Assembly (NCBI GenBank): GCA_964016885.1
Contig: OZ024741.1
Span: forward strand, 261,826,001-261,890,000
Length of the DNA stretch: 64,000 nucleotides
Reading direction: 5' to 3'
From: Eledone cirrhosa
Lineage: Eukaryota
The notes under the pieces are model-generated. The model ran no database searches. It had not been told where the DNA came from and saw nothing but the letters and a program-made list of their open reading frames with translations. Shown here one piece after another: positions 16,183-30,548 of this stretch (the first letter of the stretch is position 1; each line of letters opens with the position of its first letter). A program made the position numbers and the translations under genes.

Positions 16183-17473
16183 GAAATATATGGGCATTTC
16201 TCTGTTTGTCTGTCTGTCTGTCCTTCCCTAAAACTCAAATGTAGGTGCTACAGAAATATTACCTTCCCCTTCCTTTCTCCACTTTGGTACTACCAAGAGA
16301 AACACTGTCGCTATAGAAACATTACCTTCCCCTCTCCACTGACTTTGGTCACTGAGGCCGAGGGAATCGATGGTTGTTATAGAGACACCTTGCACAAGCC
16401 AGAAGTAACCAGTTCGAGGCGGTTTTGATTTGACACCATGCCAAGGACCATTTGAAGATATATTTCCATCGTTATATCATAACGTTTATGTATCATAACG
16501 TTTATATTTCCGTCACTAATCTCTTTTTCTCCTTTTTCGTTTTAACATATATTTATTTCAAAATATTTCACCGTATAGATAACATATATATTTATACATG
16601 CATAAAATACACACCGAGAGACGGTGAACATGTGGTGCCGAAAACATTTCTCATCCAAATCTCAGCAATATCAGTATATACACTAGATTTGCTAGCAGAA
16701 AACCGCCCACAGGGTGGTTTTCTGCTAGACTATATATTTAAAACTGAAGATGTCTGTCTGTGTGTGAGTTTGAATCCCTAAAAATAGAGAAGCACCCAAC
16801 CGACTGTTTTCAAACTTTACACATGTAATACTTATGTTTCAGGAAATGTTCTGAGCAAAAAAAGTTTCAAATTTTCAATGCCCTAGGCACCGCATTAGGC
16901 GATTTAACGATCTCTCTCTATAATTCTTAGTCTTTCTCTTTTTAGATAGATACATACATATAACGTAGCGCCCTTATAATATCTGTCTCTATGTCTGGCT
17001 GTCTGCATTACGTCACTTCCCTGAGGATGTCTCTGTGTGTGCGTGTGCGTGTGTGTGTGCGTGTGTGTGAGTTTGAATCCCTAAAACTCGAGAAGTACCC
17101 AACCGATTCATTTCAAACTTTACACGTGTATCACTTATGTTTCAGGGAGTGTTATGCACATAAAAAATCAATTTTTTAAAATCTTTTATGGCCCGCATTA
17201 TGTGAAAAACTTCATTTTTTCAGCTTTTTAAGGCTTTTCCCGAAATTTCAAAGCATATTATGCACATAAAACAAAATTATTTTCTTGATGCCCTCGGGCC
17301 CGCATTAGGTGAAAACCTCATTGAGGACAATCTTAAAGATTATCCAGCCATTAGAGTATTCGGTTTATTTTCTTTACATATTATCCAGGCATGCAGCTTT
17401 TCCACGATTAGGTCTGTTGGCTGCCCGCGTTCCAAAATACCTTATCCCGTGCAACGCCGAGTACCACGGCTAG
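14980..17473 (+). mobile_element. Composite non-autonomous Helitron insertion with nested repeats
   Basis: Starts with TC after A and ends with the subterminal hairpin cccgtgcaacgccgag plus CTAG before T. No target duplication, and the flanks rejoin to cagctaa|taagcta. An internal second Helitron-like start lies near 16730, so this may be tandem copies. Confidence 0.8.
15757..15948 (+). mobile_element. tRNA-derived SINE, full-length
   Basis: Same family as 1648-1838, with A/B-box-like motifs. Confidence 0.85.
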
Positions 17474-18135
17474 TAAGCTATAAACTAGTACATCGTTCCT
17501 TTGTCAGTGTTGAACAAAATGGCAACGATGGTTGCCGAACACTGTAGGGCTAATAATTCGGGCTGTTTGTTTAGAAACAAACCGAACATTATAATAAATG
17601 TTCGGTAAAACGATACGTACATATATATATGTGTGATGTAATGTATATATATACATACTACTGTACGTCTGTATACATATATGTATGTACGTATACATAC
17701 TTATATTTAAGTATCAGCCGTACTAAGAGTGAGAAATGAAATTTCATTTTTTCCATTTATCATTTTCGGTACGCCCGACCGACTAACTCACTCGATATGC
17801 AAATTAGGCTGCTCAGCCGTTAATATGCATAAGGAAAGTATATACTTTCAAACGATCAATCAACTGACAGGAAGGTATACGGTGCTGATGACAGCTAATA
17901 AGCTAGAAACTAGTTCATCGTTCCTTTGTCAGTGTTGAACAAAATGGCAACGATGGTTGCCGAACACTTCGGCTAATAATTCAGGCTGTTTGTTTACAAA
18001 CAAAACGAGCATTATAACAAGTGTTCGGTAAACCCATACGTACATATATATATATATATGTGCATGTATGTATGTGTATACATACTACTGTACGTCTTTA
18101 TACATATATGTATGTACGTATACATACTTATAATT
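17474..18135 (+). mobile_element. Hammerhead repeat family, locus 1 right arm: ~1.5 tandem units of ~425 bp
   Basis: catcgttcctttgtcagtgttgaac recurs at 17491 and 17916. Hammerhead at 17880-17920. Confidence 0.85.
17880..17920 (+). ncRNA. Minimal type I hammerhead ribozyme
   Basis: cggtg-CUGAUGA-cagct aata agcta-GAAAC-ua-GUU-catcg. Confidence 0.8.
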
Positions 18136-18154
18136 ATGTATCACATTATATATA

Positions 18155-18510
18155 TCACACAGTAATACAGAAGCCCGACATTCCACGGGTACAACCCAAA
18201 GCTGAAGCATATAGACAATATGCCCCCATCCCCTCCCACTGTAAAGTGGTCGTGGAGGTGCCACGGCAAAAAAACATCCAGCCCACACTGTAAAGTGGAC
18301 GTGTAGGCACCATGGAAAAAGAGCACCCAGCACTCACTGTAAATGAGGTTGGTGTTAGGAAGGGCATCCAGCTGTAGAAATCAAGCCAGAATCAGTTCCT
18401 GTATGAGCAAGATAAGGTCAGTCGACTGGACACTGCTCAAAACAGGACAACCCGTCTAACACATGTTAGCGTGGAAGAACGGACGTAAAACGGTGATGAT
18501 GATGATGTAG
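18155..18510 (+). mobile_element. RTE-tailed SINE / non-autonomous element
   Basis: Inverted homologue of 13360-13710 with a (gat)n tail. Confidence 0.75.
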
Positions 18511-18589
18511 TGGGATAGCAGGCAAACTAACAGGTAGGGAAAACTACGTATGCAGTAGATGGACAAGGAAAGTTGGCAGTAGTAATAGC

Positions 18590-19261
18590 AGTGATAGACA
18601 CATTTTCCAATGCAGGTGGGTTCTATAGAAGTGGTTGATAGCTTCCGGTATCTAGGTGATCAGATTAGCATGGGAGGGGGGGGGGGGTATTCCGAGGCCA
18701 TAGTATCTAGAATAAGGACGAGTTGGAAGAAGTTTAGGGAGCTGCTTCCTTTGTTGACAAAGAAGTGTTTCTCCCTGCATACGAAAGGGCGGTTAGATGA
18801 CGCCTGTGCGAGATGCGCGATGTTGCATGGTAGTGAGACATGGGCAGCAACTGCAGAGGATATGCGACGGCTGGAGGGAAATGAAGCAATTATGTTCCGT
18901 CGGGTGTGCAATGCCAATGTGCGTGAACGACCAAGCATAGACGAGTTGAGAAAGAAACTGGGTATTAGAGGGATAAGTTGTGGTGTGCAGGAGAGAAGTC
19001 TGAGATGGTATGGGAATGTGATGCGCATGGAGGATGACCGCTGGGTAAAGTGCCAAGAAATGCCAGTAGAAGGAAGATGCAGTAGTGGTCGACCACGAAA
19101 AACATGGGCGGAGGTGGTGAGAGCAGACCTCAGATCGCTGAAACTCACCGAGGAGATGACAAAGGACCGTTACAAGTGGAGAGATGCTGTACTGAACAAA
19201 ACCCTTCCAACCCTTGCAAGTAGGGAAAAGGGGACGTAAAATGATGATGATGATGATGATG

Positions 19262-19263
<2 letters not shown>
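18590..19263 (+). mobile_element. RTE-clade LINE 3' fragment
   Basis: FRYLG, LHGSETW, LRWYGNVMRM, GRPRKTW, then an (atg)n tail. Confidence 0.9.
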
Positions 19264-19308
<45 letters not shown>

Positions 19309-19523
19309 TCATCATCATCATCATCATCATCATCTTCATTTTATATATATATCACATAAGATACGGGAAATCAATGGTGCCACGAATAAGATAATATCTC
19401 TAATAAATCTTATTCGTCGCACCACTGATTCTCCGTTTCTTATGTGATATTATACTCTGCTCTGTAAGAGCATCGAGTGCTCAAACGGCATACCGCTTAC
19501 GGACGCTTTAAGCATTCCACACC

Positions 19524-19579
<56 letters not shown>

Positions 19580-19581
<2 letters not shown>

Positions 19582-20090
19582 TTAATATAGATGAGATTCT
19601 ACAGGACTAGAACTGTTTCATTCTTTAGAAATCACCAGGAATCTGGGTATCAAAAAATAAAAATGGTATTTATAGGTCTCTACAAGTGGTAGGAGAGGGT
19701 GGGGAGTGGATGGGTGTAGGTCATTGGTTGATAGAAGAGGGAATTCATTAAAAGCTAATTCTACAAAGCTATAGTTTATTTTTATTTATTTATGTTTTTA
19801 GAGTAACAAGGGTAGACAGAATTCTATAAACAGGTTCCGGATGGCATACCATTCCTTGTCATTAAGTTTCTCTTAAACTAACAGATGTCTATAAGATCAG
19901 TGGGGGGTCAGTCATGGTCGATAGAATTAAAGAAAAGGGAGATTCTTTAAAAGCTAAAATCATTAAGGTTCTACCAAGTGACAAAGGTTTAGAGAATTCT
20001 GTAGACAGATTCAAAATACTGAGTGCATATCTTACAATTATCTTCGAACTTCTCTTAAACTAATCAACTATATGCCAAAAATCAACAGAC
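19580..20090 (-). mobile_element. PLE-type tail with hammerhead variant at 19594-19644
   Basis: Minus strand: agattc-CUGGUGA-tttc..gaat-GAAACAG..CUGUA-gaatct. Same family as 30730-30890. Abuts (TA)n. Confidence 0.6.
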
Positions 20091-20094
20091 ACAT

Positions 20095-21748
<1,654 letters not shown>

Positions 21749-21833
21749 CTGTTATCAGAAACGTCATCAATGATGTATGAAAATTCTGCATGACATTGTT
21801 TTTATTAACATGTATAATCTAAATTCATCTAAC

Positions 21834-21977
21834 CTGTGCACCGACTGTAATGTCCACGCCAATAATATCCTTTGACACAACCTTCTGCACATTTTCCAGT
21901 AAACTGATCACATTTCCAATCTGCACATAATTTACAATGCTGCTGACACATTTCTCCATAAAATCCACGACGACATT
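21834..21977 (-). CDS. Host gene exon F: second EGF-like module (internal exon, or terminal exon ending at TAG 21829-21831)
   Basis: tgcag acceptor. Reads QCRRGFYGEMCQQHCKLCADWKCDQFTGKCAEGCVKGYYWRGHYSRCT, followed by G|gttaga. Confidence 0.88.
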
Positions 21978-22074
21978 CTGCAATGATAGAAAGAATATTT
22001 TGGTATATACATACACACATATATATATATATATGTGTATGTATATATACACATATATATATGTCAATGAAAAT

Positions 22075-24090
22075 CATGACAATAAGAAGGCTCTTGCTCT
22101 AGCTCTTTCTAAAATTTTCATCAGAATCAGGGTGTGACTGGTGGTTGATCTTCCCTCCCAGTAACTGTTCTGGTTGTCCCTGAGCTTCTTCTCCATCTCG
22201 GTCTGGATCCTGTTAAGAATCATCCTGTTGAGGGTCTTTGCCACAAATGACGTCAGTGAGATCCCTCTGTTGTTGGTGTTAGAGAGATCTCCCTTCTTTG
22301 GTACTGGGACGATGTTATTGATCCTCTTCTGATCCAGGGCAACTCTTTCCTCCAGTGCCTGGTTACAGAACTCCAGGGTTATATCATCAAAATCACACCT
22401 CTTCATCACCTCTCATGCCATTCCATATTCTCCATGGGCCTTGCCCTCCTTGCCCTCCTCTCTGGCGAAGGGTCCTGTTTCAATATCCAGTTCCTCAAAC
22501 TGCTGTCTGATCTCCCCAGTGTTCTGGGCTGTGGAAGATGGCTCTCCTAGTAGGGTCTTAAAATGGTCCAGCCATTTCCTCTTCATATCCTCTTCCTATC
22601 CTCGGGCTCTGTTCCCTGGATCTGACTCGAACTCCCTCTTTTCCTCCCTGTCTTCTCGTTGATGATCGTCCAACTCTACACTTACACCTATCAGCCACTC
22701 TCTCCACACTTCTGATCTTCTCCATCAGCACCTCCTCTCTGACCTCAGTGTAAGCGGTACATAGATCTTCCCTCATCACCTCCACATTCTCCTTCCTCTC
22801 CTCATTAGGATCAGCATGATATTGGTCTTTGACAGCTTTCAGGTGTTCTCTGGCAGCCCACACCTTTGGGTCTGCAGAGTTGATGTTCTTCCTTTTCCTC
22901 TCTCTCTTCTCAGCACCATGCGTCTGCTACTGCATTGGTGATGTACCCATACCTCCTCATCACAGTCTCCTCAGTCTCTCCAATCTCTTTCTCCTCTGCC
23001 TCTCCACATAGAGCACTGAACCTGTTCCCTACTTCTACTGTATACCTCTCCTGTAGCTTATTATCTTCCTTTAAAGCTTCCCAGTCATAGATCGCTCTCT
23101 GGGGCTGAGCCTTACTCTTTCTTAAACTCAACTGGACCTCACTTATAACAAGCCGGTGGTTACTGTCCAGTGTACTGAAATAATTTTAAGGTTCTGTGTT
23201 TAGAACTCTATTCCATCAGTTCTTCCTCACCAGAATGAAATCAATCAGGGACTTGGACAGGTGCATATCAGAGATGTAAGTCCACATCTTCCCCGTATTG
23301 TTCTTAAACCTTAGGCTGGTTACCATCAAGTTTGCCTCCAGCAGGGTGTCCCTTAGTAGACTCCTGCTTTTGGTTGGTGTTGTTATGGAAGAACCAGCAA
23401 GGATCTTCACTGCTCTCCTTACTCAGATGTGCATTGAAGTCACCCAGAACAAGTAGGATGTTGTGAGCTCGTGTGGTTTTGAGAGCTCTACAAACTTCGT
23501 CATGGAACTCCTCTGCACTCTCATTATAGTCCCCTCAGTTGGACTATAGGCTGAGATGACTGTCAGCCTTGGAATTCTATTGACGGTCACTCAAAACTCG
23601 CAGGGAGACAGGTATGATATCCCTCACTAATTGGTTAGTTCCTGCACTCAACACAAACCCCGCTTCTCCTACTGCAACATTAGTTGTGTTCCTCATAGTT
23701 GATGTGGTGATGAGCTGGCTCCTCCTTCCAATCCTCATTCTCTTCATGGACTCATCATGTAGGATCCTGTATTCTTGGATTGTAAGGATCTGCATCCCAC
23801 TGTCCTCGAACAGATGACTCAATTCCTCTTTTCTCCAGCGTTCAAACAGTCCCCTCATTCAGAGTGCCGATTTTAATATCTCTTCTGCAGAACAAACTGC
23901 ATTCTTTATATTTGTATGTTGTGTCTGAGAGATTGCCCATCCATCATTCAATGGTCCTCCCTGTGGCTGTAACCCAACAGAGACATAATGACCAGACTGC
24001 TCCCTAACAGTGTAGTTAGGAGCTCGAACCCGAGTGCTGTTAAATATTCCCTTTATGTTTCTTTTTAATGGCTGATAATACCTTAACAGG
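22075..24090 (-). mobile_element. Decayed RTE-like LINE (endonuclease to start of RT)
   Basis: Fragments LVLGDFNA, IDFILVR, IVPVPKKGDL..N.RGISL, with many frameshifts. Confidence 0.85.
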
Positions 24091-24227
24091 TACTACTGAT
24101 CCGATCCAGAGCAGACCTGGGAGTGATAACAACTAAGGAGTAACTCAACATTCCCCACAGCTCCTGAACTCCCGAACTGGAGCTTTGCAACTGGATGTAG
24201 TTTAATGACATACCCAGGACAACATAT

Positions 24228-24309
<82 letters not shown>

Positions 24310-25524
24310 GTTCTCATTAATGTTAGTATCTATTATTTGATTGTAATATTTCATAATTTGTTTAATACATAATTACATAGTGAATCTAAATATCAACTGA
24401 TAGATGATCATAGTTAAAATATTACTAATAGAGTTTGAGGCATAGATTACTCTGATATTCTACAGTTTACATTAGAATTCTTCTATATTAGCTATTTGAC
24501 TTTAACACAAGAGTAATGTTTGAAATGACTAAAAAATGACACCATGTTGATGTATAAGTCATCGATTTGAAAACAACATTATTTTATAGAATCATGTGAA
24601 ATAAAATGTGTAAGATTTAAAGTGTGCAATGATTGTGTGAGTAAACATATATAAATATCTATATTTTGCAATATACCAGCGAGTTGTTTGTTATATATAT
24701 ATTTAGTCTTATCGACTCTCTAAAATATATAGCTGTAGGTAGTGTGATGTCAGTATATTTGATGAATGTTTAATTAACATGTAATACTGAAATGATATCT
24801 TATTGAAGGTGAAATTAATATACTATTCTCCATTACCAATAGAGTTAATCAACCATTTATTAATATTTCATAATTAGACATGTTGGGCAATCTGTTTTCC
24901 GAAATACAGAGTGATACATTTATATATTAAGACAGAGAAAATGTGTGTGTATGTGAGAGAGGGTGAGATTGGGAATCTATATACATTTTTGTGTTTCTGT
25001 GTTGATGTAAAATTGAAATACCAACAATTAGTTAAAAGTTGTTGAAGCTCATGGGATATGCTCCATTATATGGTAAGAACTGGAAGGTAAGGCACTCCTT
25101 TGTTAAAGCTAACTCAGCTTGACCTGAATATGAAACATCTACGAGTGTTTCTCCTGTAACTTAATGATATATTTTAATCATACAATCGTTGTTCTCAGAC
25201 TGTTAATAGGAGTATGTTACTCCAATATAGTAATACATAGATTTAATTACCATGAAAATGAAAGTTTAAATTTATCAACAGAAATCTTCAGTTTAGGTAA
25301 ATGTACGGTGGTAGAAAGAAAAAGGCGGCGAAGAAACATAAATTAAAACCATCTTGTAGTTATAAGCTTGCGTTTTTCGTTCTGAATTTTTTTTTTTCAT
25401 CGTTTCAGCATTTATAACATAATTATCAGTCCAGTTCTGAGATCAAGATAATTGGCTGTTCCTGTGAGACATTCTTATTAATTAATATTTGATATGTGAA
25501 ACTACAAATATATGTATAACTTAC

Positions 25525-25701
25525 GTAATACTTCCACTTCACATAGAGTAAGCATTTCCCGTTTCGGAAGTGATATTTTGACATAACTTGCATTTACTTC
25601 TTTTGGGCATTTGATGTCAATTACGTCTTTCGTGTATTGATTATAATCTTGATAACAAAGTGATGATCCAAGGTAAACTTTAAAACTATACAGTCTATTA
25701 C
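25525..25701 (-). CDS. Host gene exon E: C-half of the FTP domain
   Basis: cctag acceptor and gtaagt donor, 177 bp. Reads RNRLYSFKVYLGSSLCYQDYNQYTKDVIDIKCPKEVNASYVKISLPKREMLTLCEVEVL, ending in the canonical LTLCEVEV. Not in the ORF track. Confidence 0.92.
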
Positions 25702-26077
25702 CTAGGATTGAAATATAAAAGTAAAAATGAAATCAAAATTAGGATATATTGGGGTATATTTTAGAAGATATCATCAAACGATGATATCATATTTCTTAGA
25801 GTTTGTCTAATTATAACTTAATCTCAATTACAATAGATTATATAAAATCAATAATTGATCATGTTTAATATGCTTCTTCACATGACTATATGTATGAATA
25901 TAAATATATATATACATATAGGATAACAGGTACCGTTTAACGTAATCCAACTAGAAGTTGTGAGTACTCTGTGTTGAGGATAGTTTTAACGTACGGCGTT
26001 GTTTGACTCAACAAGAAGTTTCCTTAGTGAGGTGGCGAGTTTAAGAGAATTCCCATGCAGGTGGTTCTTGCAGTAAT

Positions 26078-27676
26078 AATAGTGTAAGAGTAAAGAATAA
26101 CATGGTCGGCTGTACAAAAAGGGTTTATTTACAGTATTAACAATTGCTTCATTAATCAGTTGAGTCTAAAGGCTGCTGCTCGCTAAAACTTACGTCACTC
26201 GACCTTTTACAGTGTGTGTCTCTGATCAAAGAATCATAGAATCACACATACATAAAATCAACTATAAAAGAATCTCTAAGTAATGTGATCTACCAACATA
26301 CACCATAACACTAAATACAAAATGCAAACACATAACAACATCAAACCCCCTACACGCCTGGGCACATCACAACAAAACACCAATAAATCAAAATCCCAAC
26401 CTGTCCCTAACAACATACAGAACCGCAACAGGGAACCTGCACACAGGAAGGCCTCCAAGTGTAACTGCCACCAACCGGATAAATGCCCACTGCAGTATAG
26501 ATGCCTGGAGTCAAGTATAGTATACCCGTGTACTATCAAATCTGGCAACCTAGCATTGCACTACATAGGTTCTACGGCTGGCGATTTCAAAAAAAGATGG
26601 TATATGCATAGACACTCCATAAAAAACCGTAAACTTGGTAATACAACGAGGGTGGCCAGTAAAATCTGGCAGCTTAAAGACATTAATCAGGAATATGAGA
26701 TTAGCTGGTTGAAGTTATCGAATACAAGGGCCTACATAAATGGAATGAGCCACTGCGGCCTCTGCAATATGGAGCAGCTCCATATTTTAAAATATAATAA
26801 AATGTTGCTTAATAACAAGAGAGATCGAACAATCATCTGTAGTCACAAAGCAGCCACAAAATTTTACAACTTCAAATCGTGACCAGCATAATTCGATCTA
26901 GTGATTTCAAACTCAATCAAAACCACCCAGATTTAAAGGTACTAACTTTACACAACTTCTCTGTTATTAGCTGTCAGCTGACCAATTGGTTGTTAAATCA
27001 GCCTCGAGGGGAGGGAGGGGATCCCTCAACCTTTCTTGCCTTTTCTCCCTATAGTCTCATCACCTCCATTAAGATAAAACAGTCAAACTACCCTGACCTT
27101 AATCACTTTTTATTCTCTATTTATCTATTTACTATTCTCTGATTTTTATTCCTATCTTTTATGTTTTATCTTCGAATCCTTATTCTTTATTCTTTATCTC
27201 CTGTTCTTTATCTTTTTTCTTTTACTTTTATTTTAACCCTTTATTATTTTTATCCTTTTATTTCGTCAATTCATGAACTCAATACACTATATTAGTAAGG
27301 TGTTCACTCACCAACATTTCACCTATCATATATCCTATTACTTGTTATCATTACTGTCATTACTTACACACCCATTTACTCACCACTCTAACTTCAACTA
27401 CTACTATTATCAGTAACCGTATTTTTTTTTATTGTTGTTGTTATTCTTTTCATTTACTTTATTCTCGGATGTATCTATAAATACCAGTGTCCTGTGTTAC
27501 ACACTTTAGTATTCTGATGATTTGATCAGAGACACACACAGAAATTAAGGTTAAGTGACGTAATTTCTAGCGATCAGTGGCCTTTAGACTCACCTGATTA
27601 ATGAAACAAATGTTAATACTGTAAATAAAACACTTTTTGTACAGCCGATCATGTTATTCTTCACTCTTTCACTATA
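26078..27676 (+). mobile_element. 5'-truncated Penelope-like element (Naiad-like) with inverted 5' tail copy
   Basis: ORF 26322-26882 has CNCx5CPL, IVY.C...YIGST, CGLC..E and CSH. 26078-26232 is an inverted repeat of ~27520-27676. Confidence 0.9.
27508..27620 (+). ncRNA. Type I hammerhead ribozyme with long stem II
   Basis: agtatt-CUGAUGA-t-ttgatcag...ctgattaa-t-GAAAC-aaat-GUU-aatact. The mirror copy has palindromic caattg in stem III. Confidence 0.75.
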
Positions 27677-27679
27677 TAC

Positions 27680-28080
27680 ATCATCATCATCATCATCCTC
27701 TTCGGTTAACGTCCATCTTCCACGCTAGCATGGGTTAGACGGGAGTTGTCCCACTTGAGGCAAGGTTGGTCGGGTGACCGTGTCTCGTTCATATAGGACT
27801 ATCTGGCAGGTTTTCTACGGCTGGATGCCCTCCTAACACCAACCACATTTACAGTGTGGAACTGGGAACTTTTTACCGTGTTACCTTCATGGCGACATTA
27901 CAGCATGGACTGTGTGTTTTTTGTCATGTGTTTTTTTTGTCGTGACACCTATACGATCTCATTATCTCATTTATTTGGACTGGATCTCATTATCTCATTT
28001 ATTTGGACTGGATGTTTACAGAGAGAGGGTGGCGTTGGTGGGACTGGGAGGATAGGGTAGGGGTAGTGGATTGGGGTGTA
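27680..28080 (-). mobile_element. RTE-tailed SINE, related subfamily
   Basis: Shares ccacgctagcatgggttagacggg and ggctggatgccct with 13360-13710, plus a (gat)n tail. Confidence 0.7.
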
Positions 28081-28099
28081 AATTTGGTTACGAGGTGCC

Positions 28100-29425
28100 T
28101 ACTGACTGTAGGTTTCGCTTTGTACATATGCAAGGCGGGTCTTCTGTATTACTGCGTAACGCTAAAGATCTCGGTCCAGTGACAATGTCTCAGAGAGGTG
28201 CAACTGTGTAAGGTCGGAATTTATCAGATCGTCCCAGGTTTTTCTGGGTCTACCTACCCCGTAACTACCATCTATTTTGATCGTCCTGCACTTTTTTATA
28301 CAGCTGTCGTCTTTCATGTGCATCACGTGGCCATACCAACGTAGTCTTCTCTCAAGTAAACAGCATCTGATCCCTCTTATTTCCAATTTCTCACTTCGTT
28401 CATTTATGTTTTGCCGTTCACGTATATTACTATTACACATCCAACGGAGCATGCATGCTTCGTTCCTTTCCAGTCTGCACAGGTCCTCTGCACGCAATGC
28501 CCATGTCTCACTGCCATGTAGCATTGCTGTTCGTATACAAACATCATACAATCTGCCTTTCATTTTTAGAGAGAAACCTTTTGTGGCCAACAGCGGTATA
28601 AGCTCTCTGAACTTTTTCCATCCAGTTCTGACTCTGGCTACTGTACTTTCAGAACACCCTCCGCCACTGCTAATTTCGTCACCCAGGTAACGGAAAGTGT
28701 CCACTATTTCTATAGATCCATCTGGGCAATAGAAGGAGCTAGTATCCTGTGGGCACTTGTTAATTATTGCACCTGAGCATCGGCCACATATAAAGTCTAC
28801 GTTCTTAGATAGTTTACCTGTGATTCCACTACATCATTTATGTACCCATAGTGTGCATTTGGGACATACAATGGATTTCTGCCTGCTCCTTTCCTACACA
28901 CTTAGCATGGCCATTTCACTGGGAGCACCTATGCTCTATTTTCCTTTCTACATACTAGAACTTTATTCTTAGACGAGTTAACTTTAAGGCCTTTTGATTC
29001 TAGGCCATGCTTCCATGTTTGGAATTTCTTCTCTAGTTCAGCCATAGTTTCAGCTATGAGAGTAGATCATCTGCGTATGGGAGTTCCCATGGGCAACCGG
29101 TCTTGAACTCCTCTGTTATAGCCTGAAGGGCAATAATAAATAGGAGGGGGCTAAGGACAGAGTCTTGATGAACACCAACTTTTACACTAAATTCTTCACA
29201 ATATTCATTGTTAATTCTAACCTTACTGACTCTTTATTTATACATGGCTTGTATAGCTCTCACAAGCCATTCTACACCTAGTTTTCTAAGAGTCCACCAG
29301 ATAATGGAGCAGGCGACTCTTTCAAAGGCTTTCTCCAGGTCTACAAAAGTTAAGTAGAGGGGTTTACTTTTAGCTAGGTACTTCTCCTGTAGTTGTCGTA
29401 CAAGGAAAAGAACATACCTGACACA
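28100..29425 (-). mobile_element. RTE-clade LINE 3' half (RT), decayed
   Basis: FVDLEKAF, VGVHQ.S.LSPLLF, YADD, FRYLG, LHGSETW, GRPRKTW. Confidence 0.9.
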
Positions 29426-29751
29426 AACCCTTATATATATATATATATATATCATTTTTTTTTTTTCATTTATATATATATATAAATGGAAAAAATGAAA
29501 TGAAATTTCATTTCTCACTCTTAGTACGGCTGTTACTTAAATATAAGTATGTATACGTACATACATATATGTATACAGACATACAGTTAGTATGTATATA
29601 TATATACATACATGCACGCATATATGCATGTACGTATGGGTTTACCGAACATTTATTATAATGCTCGGTTTGTTTGTAAACAAACATCCCGAATTAAGCT
29701 GTACAGTGTTTACAACCATCGTTGCCCTTTTGTTCAACACTGACAAAGGAA

Positions 29752-29792
29752 CGATGTACTAGTTTCAAGTTTATTAGCTATCATCAGCACTG
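29752..29792 (-). ncRNA. Minimal type I hammerhead ribozyme (mismatches in stems I and II)
   Basis: cagtg-CUGAUGA-tagctaataaactt-GAAAC-ua-GUA-catcg. Confidence 0.72.
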
Positions 29793-30507
29793 TATACCTT
29801 CCTGCCAAATGATTGAATGTCTGAAAGTATATACTTTCCTTATGCATATTAACGGCTGAGCAGCCTAATTTGCATATCGAGTGAGTTAATCGGCCGGGCG
29901 CACTGAAAACAATAAATGGAAAAAATGAAACGAAATTTCATTTCTCACTCTTAGTACGGCTCTTACTTAAATATAAGTATGTATACGTACACATATATAT
30001 GTATACAGACATACAGTAGTATGTATATATATACATACATGCACACATATATACATGTACGTACGGATTTACCGAACATTTATTATAATGCTCGGTTTGT
30101 TTGTAAACAAACATCCCGGATTAAGCCGTACATTGTTGAACAAAAGGGCAACGATGGTTGCTAAACAATGTACGGCTTAATTTGGATGTTTGTTTACAAA
30201 CAAACAGAGCATTATAATAAATGTTCGGTAAATCCGTACGTTCATGTATATATGTGTGCATGTATGTATATATATACATACTACTGTACGTCTGTATACA
30301 TATATGTATGTACGTATACATACTTATATTTAGATATCAGCCGAACTAAGAGTGAGAAATGAAATTTCGTTTCATTTTGTCCATTTATCGTTTTCGGTGC
30401 GCCCGGCCGATTAACTCACTCGATATGCAAATTAGGCTGCTCAGCCGTTAATATGCATAAGGAAAGTATATACTTTCAGACGTTCAATCATTTGGTAGGA
30501 AGGTATA

Positions 30508-30548
30508 CGGTGCTGACGATAGCTAATAAGCTTGAAACTAGTACATCG
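30508..30548 (+). ncRNA. Minimal type I hammerhead ribozyme
   Basis: cggtg-CUGACGA-t-agct aata agct-t-GAAAC-ua-GUA-catcg. All core nucleotides are canonical. Confidence 0.85.

Noticed and set aside
25032-25123. Possible alternative terminal exon of the host gene (cag|GTCAAGCTGAG...TAA, in phase with exon E)
   Set aside because: Weak pyrimidine tract, no recognisable domain, and short enough to be open by chance.
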